64,000 nt of DNA from Bugula neritina (GCA_964035545.1 OZ037768.1:22043319-22107318), one strand, 5' to 3'; positions 1-16,599 are shown, counted from the stretch's first letter. Made by a program: numbers and translations. The notes: generated by a model not told the origin, from the sequence alone.

Positions 1-400
1 CCAAGAAAAAATTATTTGTATAAAGTTGCCCAAAGGCTCTCAGTTGTTTTATTCAATACCATCAGTTTCTCTGCACACCAATAAGCGTATAAAATTCTCT
101 TGACAGTAATGCATATAATTGAAGATTCTAAGGCTAACTGCAGTTGTACTGCGCATGTCTAGGCTAGCCTTAGCTCTCCTGATTGTGAGCCCCTTTCACT
201 TGCAAGTCACAAAGTCGGTGACATTCAGTGAATGCTGACCCGGGCCAGTCACTGTTTTTATTAGATTAGATACAAGAGGTCTGAGGCTTAAAATAGAAGG
301 CAATTAGACTGAGATCTCTTGTGAAAGAGGCAGTGTAGGAAGGGCTTCTTCCTACATCATTGCCAGATCTGTAAAGTTCTGTCTTGTAATATTGTATTAT

Positions 401-542
401 TGTAATACAGTATTACAGCTGTAATATTGTAATACAGTATGTAATACAGTATTACAGCTGTAATATTGTAATACAGTATGTAATACAGTATTACAGCTGT
501 AATATTGTAATACAGTATGTAATACAGTATTACAGCTGTAAT
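401..542. repeat. 39-bp tandem repeat (~3.5 copies) with internal palindrome TATTACAGCTGTAATA
   Basis: Unit tgtaatacagtattacagctgtaatattgtaatacagta read directly; lies in the intron upstream of the 708 exon. Confidence 0.85.
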
Positions 543-707
543 TTATATGCAGTCATTCTTACATTTTAATTAGTATAACTCACTTTACAAATAGACATCT
601 TGTTCCCAGATATTAGCTAAAACCCTTTGATCAGTATGTAAATTAAATTCCCTTATTAGCTAAGGTTACTCTCAATAACCCAATATTCTATTCTCTCTCT
701 CCTTCAG

Positions 708-871
708 GTGTCCAGGTATTCACTCTGGGCATTGGGGACAAGATAAATCACAACGAGCTGGAGGCCATTTGCTCTAAGCCTATCGCCAACCATCTCTTTG
801 AGGTCGATGATTACGACATGATGTTAGAGGTTCTTGAGAAGGTCAAGGAAAATCAAATTTTTCCATTCTAG
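708..871 (+). CDS. Terminal coding exon of a vWA-domain protein (gene starts upstream of window)
   Basis: Polypyrimidine acceptor ttctctctctccttcag|GT at 707/708; phase-1 translation (G)VQVFTLGIGDKINHNELEAICSKPIANHLFEVDDYDMMLEVLEKVKENQIFPF* matches the vWA C-terminal pattern (GVxVFxxGIG...ELxxIxSxP...H.FxVxDY). Confidence 0.85.
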
Positions 872-1458
872 TTCTAGCAGCTGGCAACTAACTCTGTTTT
901 ATTTGTTATTTCTTTATGATAAACTTTTTGTGTGTTGATTATTGGAATCTGTAAGCCTACGGTGCAGCTCTGTTGGCAAGAGTTTCAAATTTTACTGATA
1001 TTTTTCAAGAAATCTATAACTACATGACATAGAGTAGCAAAGTTTTTATTTTTTGCTGAAATTTAAATACAATTCTATAAATGATATAATATCTTTAAAG
1101 TTTTTATAAATATTTTTACCTCTGCAAATTGTTCAGTATGCTCCTTGCAGTTTTCTTTATTGTCTTGTCTTCAAAAGTGTTGATTCACTCTTTGAGTATT
1201 TCAACTTGCAGTTGAATGCAATCCTTCTTTGAAAATTCAATATCAAATATACTAAAAGTGTAATAATTCACCAGTATTATTATATCTATCACACAAACAT
1301 ACAACTGTATGCAAACCATTGTACAGCATCATGTACCAATATTGGTATGCCTATGTAGATGTATAAGAGGAACTTCAGTATGATCTGCCAGATGATCATA
1401 GTTTTGCTAATCTATTGTCAAATTAAAATATAGTATAATTTCCATAAAAAAAAGTTAT

Positions 1459-1757
1459 CACAACATACACACTGTCCTTGTAGCAACATTCACAATGTCC
1501 TTGTAGCAACATACTCATTGTCCTTGCAGCAACATACACATTGTCCTTGTAGCAACATACACAATGTCCTTGTAGCAACATACACAATGTCCTTGTAGCA
1601 ACATACACACTGTCCTTGTAGCAACATACACAATGTCCTTGTAGCAACATACACAATGTCCTTGTAGCAACATACGCATTATTCTTGTAGCAACATACAC
1701 AATGTCCTTGTAGCAACATATACACTGTCCTTGTAGCAACATACACACTGTCCTTGC
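1459..1757. repeat. 23-bp minisatellite (~13 copies)
   Basis: Unit acaatgtccttgtagcaacatac; explains the 23-aa periodic ORFs 1423-1806 and 1515-1760. Confidence 0.95.
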
Positions 1758-3767
1758 CATATATGCATCTTTTCAAGAAGTAGGAAAACAATGTTCCAAG
1801 TATCATTGCCTGCGGGCATATTCATCAGTTTACCAGGTCTTAGTCTACTTTGATTTGTTGGTCAACTTGTGAATAGATAGATGACATGCCAAGTTGTCTT
1901 GGTTAAATTCAATACATGTTACTGTGTAAAACATTACAAAAGGAATTGAAACGTTGACTGCGATATTCCCTGATTACCCGATGGTCTAATTCAGGTATTT
2001 GGTGTCAGAGTATATTTTGCAGAAGAGCAGTCGCTATTCTAGAAAATTCTCAGAGGTGTAGGCAGACAAATGCTCATTCAGTTAAAAAAAAGCACTTATT
2101 TTAGATTCAAGTTAAACCGAAAGCCTCATTGTCAAGTGGTGATGACCAAGTTACGTAATGTAAAATGTATAAATAGCATTATGACAAAGTTCTGTGAAAT
2201 ATTCTATAGTCTACAGTTGTCTGTCTGTACAGACATTTTAATTTGCCATTTGTGCATTGTTCAATGACAATTACCTGTTTATTGTACGGTGACAGTTCAT
2301 CTTTCACCCACGCTAAATGCTCACTGCCCAGACATTTCTCTATGAAGATGAAACCATTACTTTTAAAAAATGCAGTCATAGTGTATAAATATCGTCATGT
2401 GAAAATATTTATATTTCAAGTTTCAGTTTTTAAAAAATGATGCTGCTGGTGTCAATGCCCAGGAAAAGACGGTCATGCAGACTCTGAGTTGCGACACATT
2501 CATTTCCTAGACTATTACTGCTAATTACGTTCATTAACCATTGTTATTATAGAGATGGTAATCTAAGATCATGATATGCAATACTCCAGGTTTGGCTACT
2601 TCCTTATGTTGTGAATTCTAAGCCCTCCATGAGGCACGTAATCACTAATTCTATACACATTTGTGTCACTATTTTCACTTGTAAATACTCTGAAATCCTG
2701 TTGATAAGGACATGGCGAGTGCATGCGAAACATGCATTAGTTATTTACTATAATAACCTTTATATTGAGCTATATGGTGAATATAATAGGCTAGAATTCT
2801 ACTACACCTGTCATTAAGTATAACTTCAAATGGTGCACAGCACATGATAAATTAGCTTTGGGTAATGTCTTAAATGTTAAACTTTATACTAAAATGTGAA
2901 GTAAAATCAACCTATGTCGGAATAAACTTATAAGCATTTTCAAGAGGATCGGTAATTTTTGAGAAACTATTGTGAAAGCTAAACTAAATTTGCAAAGTGC
3001 CATTGGCAAATGGCCAATATGTCATCCAACAGTGAAATCTGGTATATTATTGTCTCAATGCAGTTGCATTTAACCAATTAGTTTGCATAACCAACTAAGT
3101 TTTGCCAAATTTATATTTTTTTCCAAATTCACAGTAGTGCGCCCAACCTTTACTAAACCGAGAGTTTACACTGCAAATTAATTACGCAGCAGAAAAACTG
3201 CAGAAGAAGAAGTAGAAATAACAACACATGTAGTCTAAATTTCTAGTTTCCATCCCATTAAAAAGTTATTCAATGACAGTTGAACGCAAATGACAGAATT
3301 ATTTTACAATGGGTGTTTGTTTTTCTAGAACGCACCATTAAAATTAAATATTTTTAGCCAAATTTTCAAATATTATTGTGTTTAACAGATCATAGATTAT
3401 AAAAACTAGTCAATGCAACTATCAGGAAAATAAATTCCGAAAGAGTTTGAGCTCTCATTTCATGTTTTCTAATATTAGCTCACGTGCCGAAAGCATTGTT
3501 AATAGATAATGATCCGCCCTAATAGTGTTCGGTTGTTTCTGTAGTCATTATTGCATCATCAACACTGATGAGCCAAACGATAGGTATGCACTTAGTAATG
3601 AAAACTAATGACGAGTTTTGACCAATCAGAATACAGTATCCATCAGTATATAAACGGCCATCTCCCAATACCACGATACACTGGAATCAAACAGCTAAGT
3701 GGTTGGTTGTGGCCATCAAGCATCGAAGATTTTTTCAAGAATAACAGAAGAATAAAAAGAAAAAGTC

Positions 3768-6547
3768 ATGCGGCTAAGAGTAACAGACACAGTATTGTTG
3801 GCATCTATAAACATTATATTTACATACGCAGCTGATAGATTTACGCTGAGGCAACGCATACAAGACCTGGTGGAGTTCAAAAGATCTGTAGTTATGTCTA
3901 GAAATAGTAACAGTGACTTTAACAATGTATACTCAAGGACGTCATCGGAAATAGCACAATCAGTAGAAGACAGTTTGTTTAGAAAATTAATATTGGGTAA
4001 GATTCGAAACTTCTGTTGTTGATAATAAGTTTAGGTCAATACTAATAGAATTATATGCCTTTCGAAGCATAGTATGTATATAATAATATAATATAAATAG
4101 CATAAATATTATGATTATTTATTACACAATTGCTTTTATGTAGGAAATTGTCATTTTGCCCAAATTTTATTGTATTATTGTACTACATTTTTTTGAAATA
4201 GCACATTCGCCGAAAATATATTTGCACTATAATGATATATCATGTTATATTAATGACTGTTGTAAACATTTTCAGTATTGCTAGTCTATATAATGAATTA
4301 TTACGATTTTATAACTTATTCCAGCCACTTATCACGTGTGCAACATTTTCCTGATTTATATGATAACATATGCTAATCGGTTGCAGGTAAACCATCAGTA
4401 GACATTGTAATACTGCTTGATGGAAGTGCAACCATGGGCCATTCCGGTTTCCGTACAGCCAAGAAGTTTCTTGCAGTGAGTATCTTGTCTGTGTCTAATA
4501 AAGGACAAAATATATTCCTGTCGCACAGCAGCTAAAAAGTGCAAGTTGCAGACGAAATATTCTAATTAAATTATATAATTATATTATATTTATTGCATTA
4601 TTTTAGCGGCTCATTAACCTAATGCCCGAAGAGCAATTTGAAGATGGATCTATAAAAGTGGCCATGTTAACTTATTCGCTGAGCATAGACGTTTCGTTGG
4701 TGTTTGGCTTTTCCTGGGAACCCAGTGGGCGGGGAGATGTGAAAAAAGCTATAAAGCGGACTGAGTTTTTAGGTAAGACTAGGCAGTATATTGTGGGGGT
4801 TTATAGAGTCGCCCTTTCTATAGACCAAAGGGTATGTCAGTCTCAACTCTTAGCCAGGGTTTTTTAATGCAAAGGTCATCGTGGTAGGGTTTATAATGAA
4901 CACAGCTTTTCGTCTCAAACTTATATAGATATTTAAAAGTGCCTCGGGCAACAAATGTCCTTTTGTCGGAAGCGTGATAAAGTAATGATCTTATTATAAC
5001 AAAAGTGGAGCTCTAAATTCCATCCTATGAATTTATTCATCAGGTACTTTTGTTTGGTTTTTCATTCAATGGAAGTTTTTTTGCACCCAAACAATGGATC
5101 TGTCTGGGTATGCTAATCCTGATGACAATAACTTTCTCTGAATGGCATAATTTGATGATTTGTTAAGAAAAATGAGTTCTGCACATTCAATTCAATAGCT
5201 TTATATACTGGGCAGTGGTGGTTGTATTGCTTTACCAAAAACCTGATTTCCAAATAAGTTGGCCAGTCTTATGGTTGGTATTAGAATGAATGATGAATCA
5301 TGATTGTTTGTGTCCTTCATTATTAGAATTCTAATTGACCAGCTTTTTAATTGTACAACTGGTGTACTTGGTAAAAGCCACATGTTTTGCATACCGGCAA
5401 GCAGGTCTTTTGTGCAACTGAATAGGGGGTTTAATCTCAAAACCATTATTTTTGGTCAGTTGTTTGGTAAATGATCCCCTCAAAACATGAGAAATTACAT
5501 GTTAACTGATGCAACTAGTCTGTGAAAATCTGTGTCAGGCAGAAGCGCATATCCTGTCCAGCAGACAGTCTGGATGGCAGTTGATGCTATCTACAATAGC
5601 CAGTGTCCAGTGTCCACTACCAGTCCCTTATTTTGACTGGACTGACCGTAATTAACTCCATTCATATCCCAGCAACTGCATCATTCAATTTCGTATGCCT
5701 CAGGCTACAACTTAACACATGCTGGCAAGGTGCCCAGACTAGATCCGGAATTCTTTCTTAATATGATAATTAAACTGTTTGAGTAGTAATTTACGGACTA
5801 GAAACAGGTTAATGAACTTAATTCATTTTAAAGCCAGACTATTAGCTATAAATAACTAAGTCTGAGAATTTGGACTACATTTACTAGAAGCCCCTCAACT
5901 ATTTGACAATGTAAACTAAAATTGTGAAGTCAACGAGTAGAGTTCAAACACACGATTGACATGTAAACATTAATATATTTGTAGATGACTATGAAAATCA
6001 CGGAGCAAGTGCCCTTTTGTGGGCTAATTCCATATTCGAAACGAGTAACAGAACGTCATCAAATGATACGAATAAAATTTTACTATACGCCACAAATGGT
6101 CAAATCACAGACACCGACCTTTTTCCAACAGCAAAGGAAAACTCTGTAGCATTTGTCAGCAAACAACTCCGAAATAAAGGTAAGAAGAATTATTATATGC
6201 AAAATGATATTATGTAATGATTAATTAAAGCATACATGGTGTAAAACAGTATCGGTGATATCATGTATAAGTCTTTTTTGAAATAATTTAGCTTAGTCAT
6301 CATATATCATTTTTTAGAATATACAACATTGAAGATAGTATTTCCTTTAAAAGTTATAATTTATACAAGTAATTGTATTCTTGCAGGTTACAAGATGTTC
6401 ACAATAGTACCAGGAACAAATGTAAACCGTGGTATAATAAACGACATAGCCTCAGAGCCAAAGGAAGATTTTATCATCCCTGTGGTCAACTCACACTCAT
6501 TAGAAGAAATAGCTTCTGACTTAAAATCACTGCTAAGACATTTGTAA
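3768..6547 (+). CDS. Secreted single-vWA-domain protein, 5 coding exons, 279 aa
   Basis: Exons 3768-3996, 4387-4475, 4607-4772, 5985-6179, 6387-6547; all GT-AG, phases 1,0,1,1 consistent, total 840 nt. Motifs VDIVILLDGSATMG..F..AKKFL, IKVAMLTYS, KILLYATNG, GYKMFTI..IASEP. Hydrophobic N-terminus; TATATAAA ~120 nt upstream of the ATG. Exon 1 is the least certain. Confidence 0.82.
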
Positions 6548-7029
6548 CACTAACTAAAGCAGTTTGTATTACAAAACTCATCAGCATAGCCTTTTGCGCC
6601 AGTCTTTAGAAAAATAGGGAAACACGTATAATTTCACACTGTACAGGTAGACTATATTCTCTTATTGTGAAACCTGTGTTTTCAATGTTATTTATTGCCA
6701 AATTACAGTATTAACATAATAGTTATTTAAATCAATTATATTTATTTTTGTACATAGAAGCATTTTAGAGTTGGTATACTAATTATAATTTAGATTTATT
6801 ATTGTTTCTTGTCTGTACATAGTGTTGTGTATAGCTACGAGTTTTATGCTCAATTACATCTGTTCTGTATATTTTCATAATAATAGTACAACAGACTAAA
6901 ATGTCACATAATAAATATAGTACAAATAAAATAACATGCATAACATTATTTTCTTCAAATTATGAACAAATTTAGCAGTATACTTCTATATAAATTAAAT
7001 GCATAAATAATTACTTCCACATGTGTTAA

Positions 7030-7034
<5 letters not shown>

Positions 7035-7107
<73 letters not shown>
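7035..7107. repeat. (AT)n microsatellite
   Basis: Pure AT dinucleotide run of ~36 units. Confidence 0.98.
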
Positions 7108-7109
<2 letters not shown>

Positions 7110-10100
7110 TCTGTTAACACTTTCTATGGTGACCATTAAATACCACTTTCAATAAATTACCAAAAATACTTAATTTAAGTCCCAATATTTAAAACATGAA
7201 TTTGCAATCAGCCATTTCAAGAAATAATTTGTTTACGCATGAAAACTGTACCAAGTTTAGCACTTGTTCACACATTAGCCATTCCTATTCCTGATTCATT
7301 TAATTTGTCTTGCAAAGCTTTAAGCAAAATTCAATCAATCATGGCTGTGTTTTAAATTTATTGCTTCTGTAAAGGCACTGAATGCATGACGAATAACTTG
7401 ACTTGCTAAAACAAGTGTTTAAAACTGTCTATTAAACTAGAGTAAATTTTCAGATGTTTTCAAATAATTTCTAAATTTGTTTTACAGTTAAGGTATAAAA
7501 TAGCAGTAAAATTGGCACGTATGGCTATAATAAGCTATACTCCCATAATAGGCATATAATTATGTAATAACAATTCAGTCTGATTGTATTGATTGCATAA
7601 TATTCTGAAACAGAAAACAAGGTCTGCGTGTACTATTATTAACCTTGAGTGTGATTTAATATTGATTGATTGATAGAATTTATTTCCCTGGCAGCATAGG
7701 CGTCTAGACGATGTGTCATCGACTAAATAATGAGGCTGTAACTCAATGCCAGACTGTGATAATGCAATTGTTCGCTGCTTGCACCAATTTAGATTCATTT
7801 GCATAACATTATGTTGCTATGCAAACGTAGTATTAGTCACGCTTGTTATTTAGTATAAAGGCATGAAAAAGAGGCTGACACTGCATTATCCAAAAATATA
7901 TAAATGTGCTTTTTTTTTGGGGTAGATATCGATTCAGCCAGTTGTGGTGGTTTGAGCCATGTTCAACTCATAGTTTATACTTTATAGCTATACATGATGA
8001 TGTACAAGCTTGCTATACAGTTTATTTAATAATGACGTGTATAATACGTCAGTACTATAATTAAACTATTATCTTACTACATTGCAAATAAGTATCATTT
8101 TATTAAGCAGGAAATTAATTTTATCATAAATAACTCTTTTACTTTGGGATTATTTGGATGACATGAAATAACATCCTCCTAATCACACAATAACTTGATG
8201 TAATAGTATCATATTCTATCACTAGCTATTTAGTATTTGAGAAATTTTGTATGCATATGGTTTTCATCGTATAAATTAAAATTTTATGAATAAAAACAGA
8301 GTACATTGAAAATATTTTTACAAATGCAAACCACCTTAATAATCTATAGCAAATAAATTTAGAATAATTTATTCTTATAAAAAGACCCATTCTGAAAGTT
8401 CCTTTTATTTGAGACATTGACTAATGGTAGTAAAAACCAAATCAGTAGCATATTGTAATTTTGACAGCATGCATGTTTGCTCTCCATCTAGTTTAAATAG
8501 TTTTAATTTTTTCAGCAAGATGCGTTGTTAAAAGTTACATGAGATATGACTCTTTGTTGGGAAAACAACCGCTATTAACTTCTGTAACCTTTTCCAATGC
8601 TATATAAATGGTAAATTTCAACAAGTATTTGAGGTAGTAGTAAAACCTTTTTATGAATGAGATGTGGTCTATGCGTGTTGAAAAAATCAGTCATAATAGA
8701 GAGTAAATATTTACTTTGTGTCTGCCCCTATATACTCAGTTGCAGTGAAGTTATTGTACCAGAACAATGAATATTAAAACTACACACAAAGAGTAAGTCT
8801 GCTAGTAGATTATACGCTTTGCACTTTTGGTGTAGTCTATTACCTAAACTAGTGAAAAATGCATTATTTCACACTAAAAACACGAGTGATGAGCCCTAAA
8901 TACACATACATATGTGTATATTTACACTGTTCTTCACCCTTCACCTCTCTTATTTGCATAAACTGTCTGATAGTCGTGTACTCAAGTGTCTAAGATGATT
9001 AACAATCGTCTGATGTTAGAGATGCTCAATGACTGATGATTTTAGTCTGAGTGATCATTGACTCTTTGAAATACAGTAATGAAGAGGTAGAGATGATAAG
9101 CTACCCAGTCTACCTATGTCAAGTGGTTCGTGCAAGGAGTGTAGAGCCAGAACACGTCTGCTACACTCACATTTTTGTCCTACATCTCATCTTTTAATAG
9201 TTTTATAAACTATGATATTGAGTATAAGACAGATCATATAAGTTTTGTTTAGGACATGCATTATTTGATAACGGAACTTTTAAAAAGATAAGAATTTGAA
9301 TGATTCTTTATATTCGTTATCATTACACTCACAAATTGTAACTCCATGTAAAAGCTGAAGGTCACCATCTGTTTGTAGCCTATATATTGCCTTCCATGAC
9401 TGAATTGCGGTGGAGTAGATTGCAGGCACAATTCAACCATCCAGCCTACATTAGCTTATTTTGGCGAGGCTCATATATACTCAACATGGAATTGGATTAT
9501 TTTGGCTTGCAGGCTTACATTGTATTTGAAAAGTATAGGTCATTCCACGGCACTCAGATAAAACAATACCATGTTCTATGGCATTCAGAAAAGATATCAC
9601 TTTTTAAACTACACCAAATCATTAGAAGGTAGCCTGTAATATTATTTTTGTTGTCTGAAATGCCATGGGACGACATAAAGACCTCCAAACTTTGAACCAT
9701 AAAAATAGCCAGATATCCTGCCATTGAATTGTGAACTATAATATTTTTTCGTATTTTAGCTGATTACTTTTTTTTAGTTTTGCCAATAAGATTCTCATTT
9801 AAGTTTGGTCTGCAGCAAACGTATTGGCAGCCATTCTATTGATGGCTATTAATTAACTTTATTAAAAAAGCAACACATTTCTATTGTCATTCTATTATTA
9901 GCTATAATTCTCATTTCACATATACAACTTGGCATAAAATTCAAATTTGGTTAATTTGGTAAGAACCACATTTAGATACATTCTTGTCATTGCCAATTTA
10001 GAAAGAAAAATTAGAGGTAAAATTGTTTTATTGCTTAAAATGTGCACACCAGATTTATAACATTTCTGCATTGTGCTTAATTAATATTAGAACTGCATAA

Positions 10101-11650
10101 ATATAACAACCATGGGCAATCAGGGTTTGAACATTGTATCAATAAGTTAAAGAGACTCTATTGGAGTTGAAATGAGTGCATTGTTCTGGTGATGACCAGA
10201 TAATCCTAGCCGCTGCTAAAACTTATCTAGCTGGAATGATCACGTCCTTAGCTTAGATTCTTAGCTTGTCATCACTCAATTGTAAGCAGCTTTAGCTTGT
10301 TATTCCTTTATAAACTTATCCCACGCTTGAAAAGCCAATTGCTTATAGTGAGATCAAAACTTATAGCGATAGCTCAAAGCCCCTTGGAAGTTGTGTTACC
10401 ACAAATTGAGCACATTTTTCCATCTACTAGAATGTCTATTTGTGAACATGTGCTTTACTATATCTTGTGGTATTAAGCTAATATTGTTTAATTATTGAAA
10501 CAGAAGGAGTCTAATTTCAATTCCAGTTGACTGAAATTTTGAAACTGTAATTTCTCAAAGAGTTGTCTTTCCTTGTCCTAATTATACAATCACCATTAAT
10601 ACTAGAGCAAACCACTTTGGAAGAGCTCACAGGCTATTACAGCCACTGGCTTAGCGTTTAGTACAGAAAGATGCTTTCTACGACTATTGTATTTAGAGAG
10701 AAATGTTTTAAAGTCATCTTATTTCAGTTTTAGCTGTCAAAGAAACAATTAAAAAAGCAGTCAGCTACTTTATGGTATTTTCTCTTGTATTTGTGCCATA
10801 TATGCTTTGTATTTCATATACTAAGCAAGTGATACACGTGTTTATTATGGTAAACAATAAAGGACCGTTCAGTGAAGCTTTCCCTACACATTTTCAAATA
10901 ACCCAGGCTCTGCTTTAATACACAGCATGAGCTATAATGATTTTTGAGGCTGTGTATTATGAGCAATTTGAAACATTCAACAAATATGCTTATATGATGA
11001 TGCAATGATGTAGCTAATTGTTGTATATTATTTAACGTTAAATGATAAATTGATAAATAAATGAAATTAAAAAAGTTAGTTAATTAGCAAAGTAAACTCA
11101 ATTGCATGCTGAATTCCTAATTTTTCAAGTAGCTAAGCTGTGAGAAAACTTATACAAATTCATAACATGTCAGGTAATGATAGCCCTAAGCTCACACACA
11201 ACATGTTGAAAACATCAAATGTATTTGATATAGGTTGCAGTAGCTGCTAATTGCAAGCAAAATGAGGAGGTAGTGCTAATTTCCAAACTAGTGCCAGGGT
11301 ACTATATCTGTGGCAACGTGAAATATATAAAACTCAAATTAGGTGATTAAAAGAAGATTTAGCAGAAACGATTTGTTACTAATTAGTCTTTTTAATTTTC
11401 AAACAATGTTTCTATCTCTGTGTTTAAACACACATTTTGCTATAAATAAACATTTGGCATTCCCATGTGAATACAATATAAACACAAGAGTTCAAAATTT
11501 GACAATAGTAGCAGCTTTCAAATAATTCTTGCATAACAAAGCTTCAAAACCATGACCTGGGAAATTTAAGAAACCAAAGTTTTGTTTGTTAAAATCAGTG
11601 ATTTGTCATGCATTTGCATGCAACTAGCATTTGTTTACTATCAGTTTTAG

Positions 11651-11860
11651 AGAGCAGCTGTGGTCTAGGGGGTCTATAATAGTTAATTCGGGCTATGGGT
11701 TCAATCCTCAGTCAAGGCTATTTGTGATATTAGGAAGAGCTTACAGTCATAATTGCTCCTGTGCCACATATGAATAAGTTCTTAGCCCACATCTTTAAAA
11801 AAAAACTTTTCCATCAGGGGTTTCTCACAGGGATAGTGACTATAAACTTGTGTGAGTTTT
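11651..11860 (+). mobile_element. tRNA-derived SINE, older diverged copy
   Basis: Aligns end to end with 29047-29260: GAGCAGCyGTGGT head, GGTTCAATCC B-box, AGGAAGAGC..CAGTCATA.TTGCTCCT core, TTCTCACAGG.ATAGTGACTATAAAC tail. Confidence 0.8.
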
Positions 11861-13301
11861 CATTTATCATAGGTTTTAATTTTATTTATCACTAGAAATA
11901 ATTGAAAATATTATAAGATGTAATTAGACAATGTTATTAAATGAATTGGCCATGGCAGAAAGTGAGAAGATAAAAAATAGTTCAATGACCTTGAGTATTG
12001 ACCTAGGATGTGGTCAATGCCATTGTTACAATGGTAGCAACCTAATGAGTTTAAGATAAGAAAGCACAGTCACAGCTAGCTAGCAATGTGGCATTGTTTC
12101 AGCATAGTCTAAGGTTATACAAATGTGTGGGAGCAGTAACACAATATTTATACGCCCTTCCAAAATATTTTTTCAGTTAGAAATGACTCATTAATGAGTT
12201 TTTAATTATTTTATCATTCAATATTTAGAACAATCAATTTCATTTGCCAAAAAGCTTCTTTTTTGTTGTTGCAAAATTAGATTTCGCATAAAATCAAATC
12301 AGTGGACTTGCAGTTGGTGTCCCAATTAATGCCCATCTGCTACAATAGAATACATGTTTGTGAAGTGAAGTGCATTGTAGGGGGGCATTGTCATAAAAAG
12401 TATGCTATGTGAATAAAACAATAGCTATAACCATTGCTATTATACTGCATGGCTATGTGAAAATCAACATGCATTATGCTTTATAGTCAGTTGCATGCTA
12501 CTCACGTGCATGTGGTTCTGTTGAAAACCATTAGCTGGAAGACTCATGTCACATTTTCACTTACAGTTGAACTTCTGGTCAATCTTATACACATTTATGA
12601 TGTAAAAAACATGTTTTATTGCTTGTACAGTTATTAATTATTATTTTGTCGATAGTTTTTATACAAAGTAGTTATCACAACTAATAAGTTTGTTGGTAGA
12701 GATGCATTCACTTTAGCTACACATTGCAGCACAATTTACAAAACGATTAAAGTGTCCTTACAGTAAGCACAAATTTATAAATCAAAGTTTCTTTTGTTTT
12801 CATCACAACTTCTAGTACCCCAGACAAGGTTGTGTATTCCTCGTGGATTCAAAAGCACCAGATATACACGCTTACACACACATGTGCTTGTATAAGGCCC
12901 TAAAATGTTGGTCCGAAATAGCATCTACTTTCTTGCTTTCTTCATGCATGAGTTGCTTACAACACTGAGTGTATAAGAATCGTGTGATAGTAGTGGACAA
13001 CTGGGTGATCGCTTTATTGATTTAGTCATATTTATAGCATAATATACCTGCTGTGAAAACATTCACTGGCAATAATATTAACACATGTGAAGGTTGTAAA
13101 TATTTTATTTAAAAATTAAAACTTAAGAATAATTATTGCATATTAAGAACAGTATTATTGGCATAAAAGACATCATATCGGCATATTATATAAAATTATA
13201 TTGTCCTATTCACATAATGATATTTCAACAACTGAGAAAACAATAAATAATGTTTTAATGCTTTCCATGTGGAAGGTAACTTTGAAGGATGGATTGGACT
13301 A

Positions 13302-15158
<1,857 letters not shown>

Positions 15159-16104
15159 GATTGTACTTTTTCACAGATAGTATTACTTTGTGACACTAGA
15201 AGACAAGCCTACAAAACAAGCTCATTGTTATAATTATCTAAAGGCTTGACGATAAAGTTGTTGATGCTGGTAAAAGGACTCGGTATAAATATTTTGCGTG
15301 TATAATTCCACTTTTGAGAGTTTGACCTATTTAGTATTTTGCATAATTACAATACAATTTCACTAGAAGCTTCAAGAACAGCTAGTAACAATACAAGTGT
15401 GAATAGCGATATTTGATAGAGCATAAATTAACAAGTAACACAAGTTGAAGTTGACAAAAGCGTTATCATAATCATTATTACAATTAGTAATACACTGACT
15501 AAATCTAAAAATGTTTTAAACCAAGACTCTCATATTACGAATTTGATACTTCCAATTCAATGCTTGATGGCTATAGTATACTATTAAAAGAAAATACAAT
15601 GAGTTTTAAAATATCTTATCAAAAGTGACTTATAGTTATTTTACTTATTTTATTTGGCAAAAAAAAATAGTCATAGTGATCCATTTGTTTTTAGTCATCT
15701 ATTTTAACCCATAATGGCAAAAAATCAAAGATAATTGAATTTAATATAAATATTCAATAATAATTTACTAAATTAATAATCTTAAATAATTAAACTTACC
15801 AAGTCTAATAGTTTAATAACTAGCTTTCAACCAGACTTAGTTAGTGTGAGCATACTCATAAGTGTATTTGTAAGTAAATATTTACAATTATCATCTCGAA
15901 TAATCGAAATAATAAACATAATTATTATTATAATAATTCGGTGATACCTGTCAAAATTTTCCCCACTAAACCACCCCGTTGGGTTAAAGGAGTGTGCTAC
16001 ACTTTTAATGAAGGGCTAAATTATGCATCTGTAGTCAGTAAATAAATATTCAAAAATAATTAACAGTGAATCTAGAACAAGCCTGGTTGGCCTGTCTGTG
16101 GGAA

Positions 16105-16590
16105 GAATGGAGTATGGGGCCAATCCAATATTCAAGTTTTTAATTGTTTGTGATAGAAAACTATTGTAATATTTATTTTGGTTAGCACTGACTGAGCGCG
16201 GTACTCCTTGAGCCTGAGACCTAGTCTGAACTGTTGACGATACTTGTTTAGACAGGTATTCATATGATTCAGTTGGCTGAAATCTGGAAAAACAGACAGA
16301 TTCGTTCATTTCTTCTTTTGGATGCTAGTAATTTTATTTCAAGTTTATCCATAGTTGAGTTCAAATCTTTCTGTCCTTTAATGCTGCATATGAAGAGAAC
16401 ACCATCTGATGGAACACCTTCCTGGCAATGCAACTTTTACAATTTTGGCCCCAAACAATACAAGCATACTCTAGAAGTAGATGTGCTAGGCAAACAAGTC
16501 TTATACGCGAGCAAACGAGCATGCTGTGGCACCGAGTGGAGCGCTTTTCTAATCCTTTCAAGTTGTTCTTTGGCAACACTCATGCTGATA
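16105..16590 (-). mobile_element. Degraded non-LTR retrotransposon (LINE) ORF2 3'-end fragment
   Basis: Minus-strand translation across frameshifts: RIRKALHSVPQHARLLAYKT..LLEYACIVW..IKGQKDLNSTMDKLEIKLLASKRRNERI..TRSQAQG..YYNSFLSQTIKNLN, matching the post-RT region of CR1/L2-group LINEs (LAYKTLxRPxLEYAxxVW ... SFxPRTIxxWN). Confidence 0.75.
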
Positions 16591-16599
16591 TCTAAGTTA

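Noticed and set aside
1423-1806. Cys-rich repetitive ORFs
   Set aside because: Produced by the 23-bp minisatellite.
7110-13250. Short ORFs in the 6-kb interval between the vWA gene and SEC61B
   Set aside because: No recognisable domains or consistent exon chain; treated as intergenic, 3'UTR or decayed repeats that I cannot classify.
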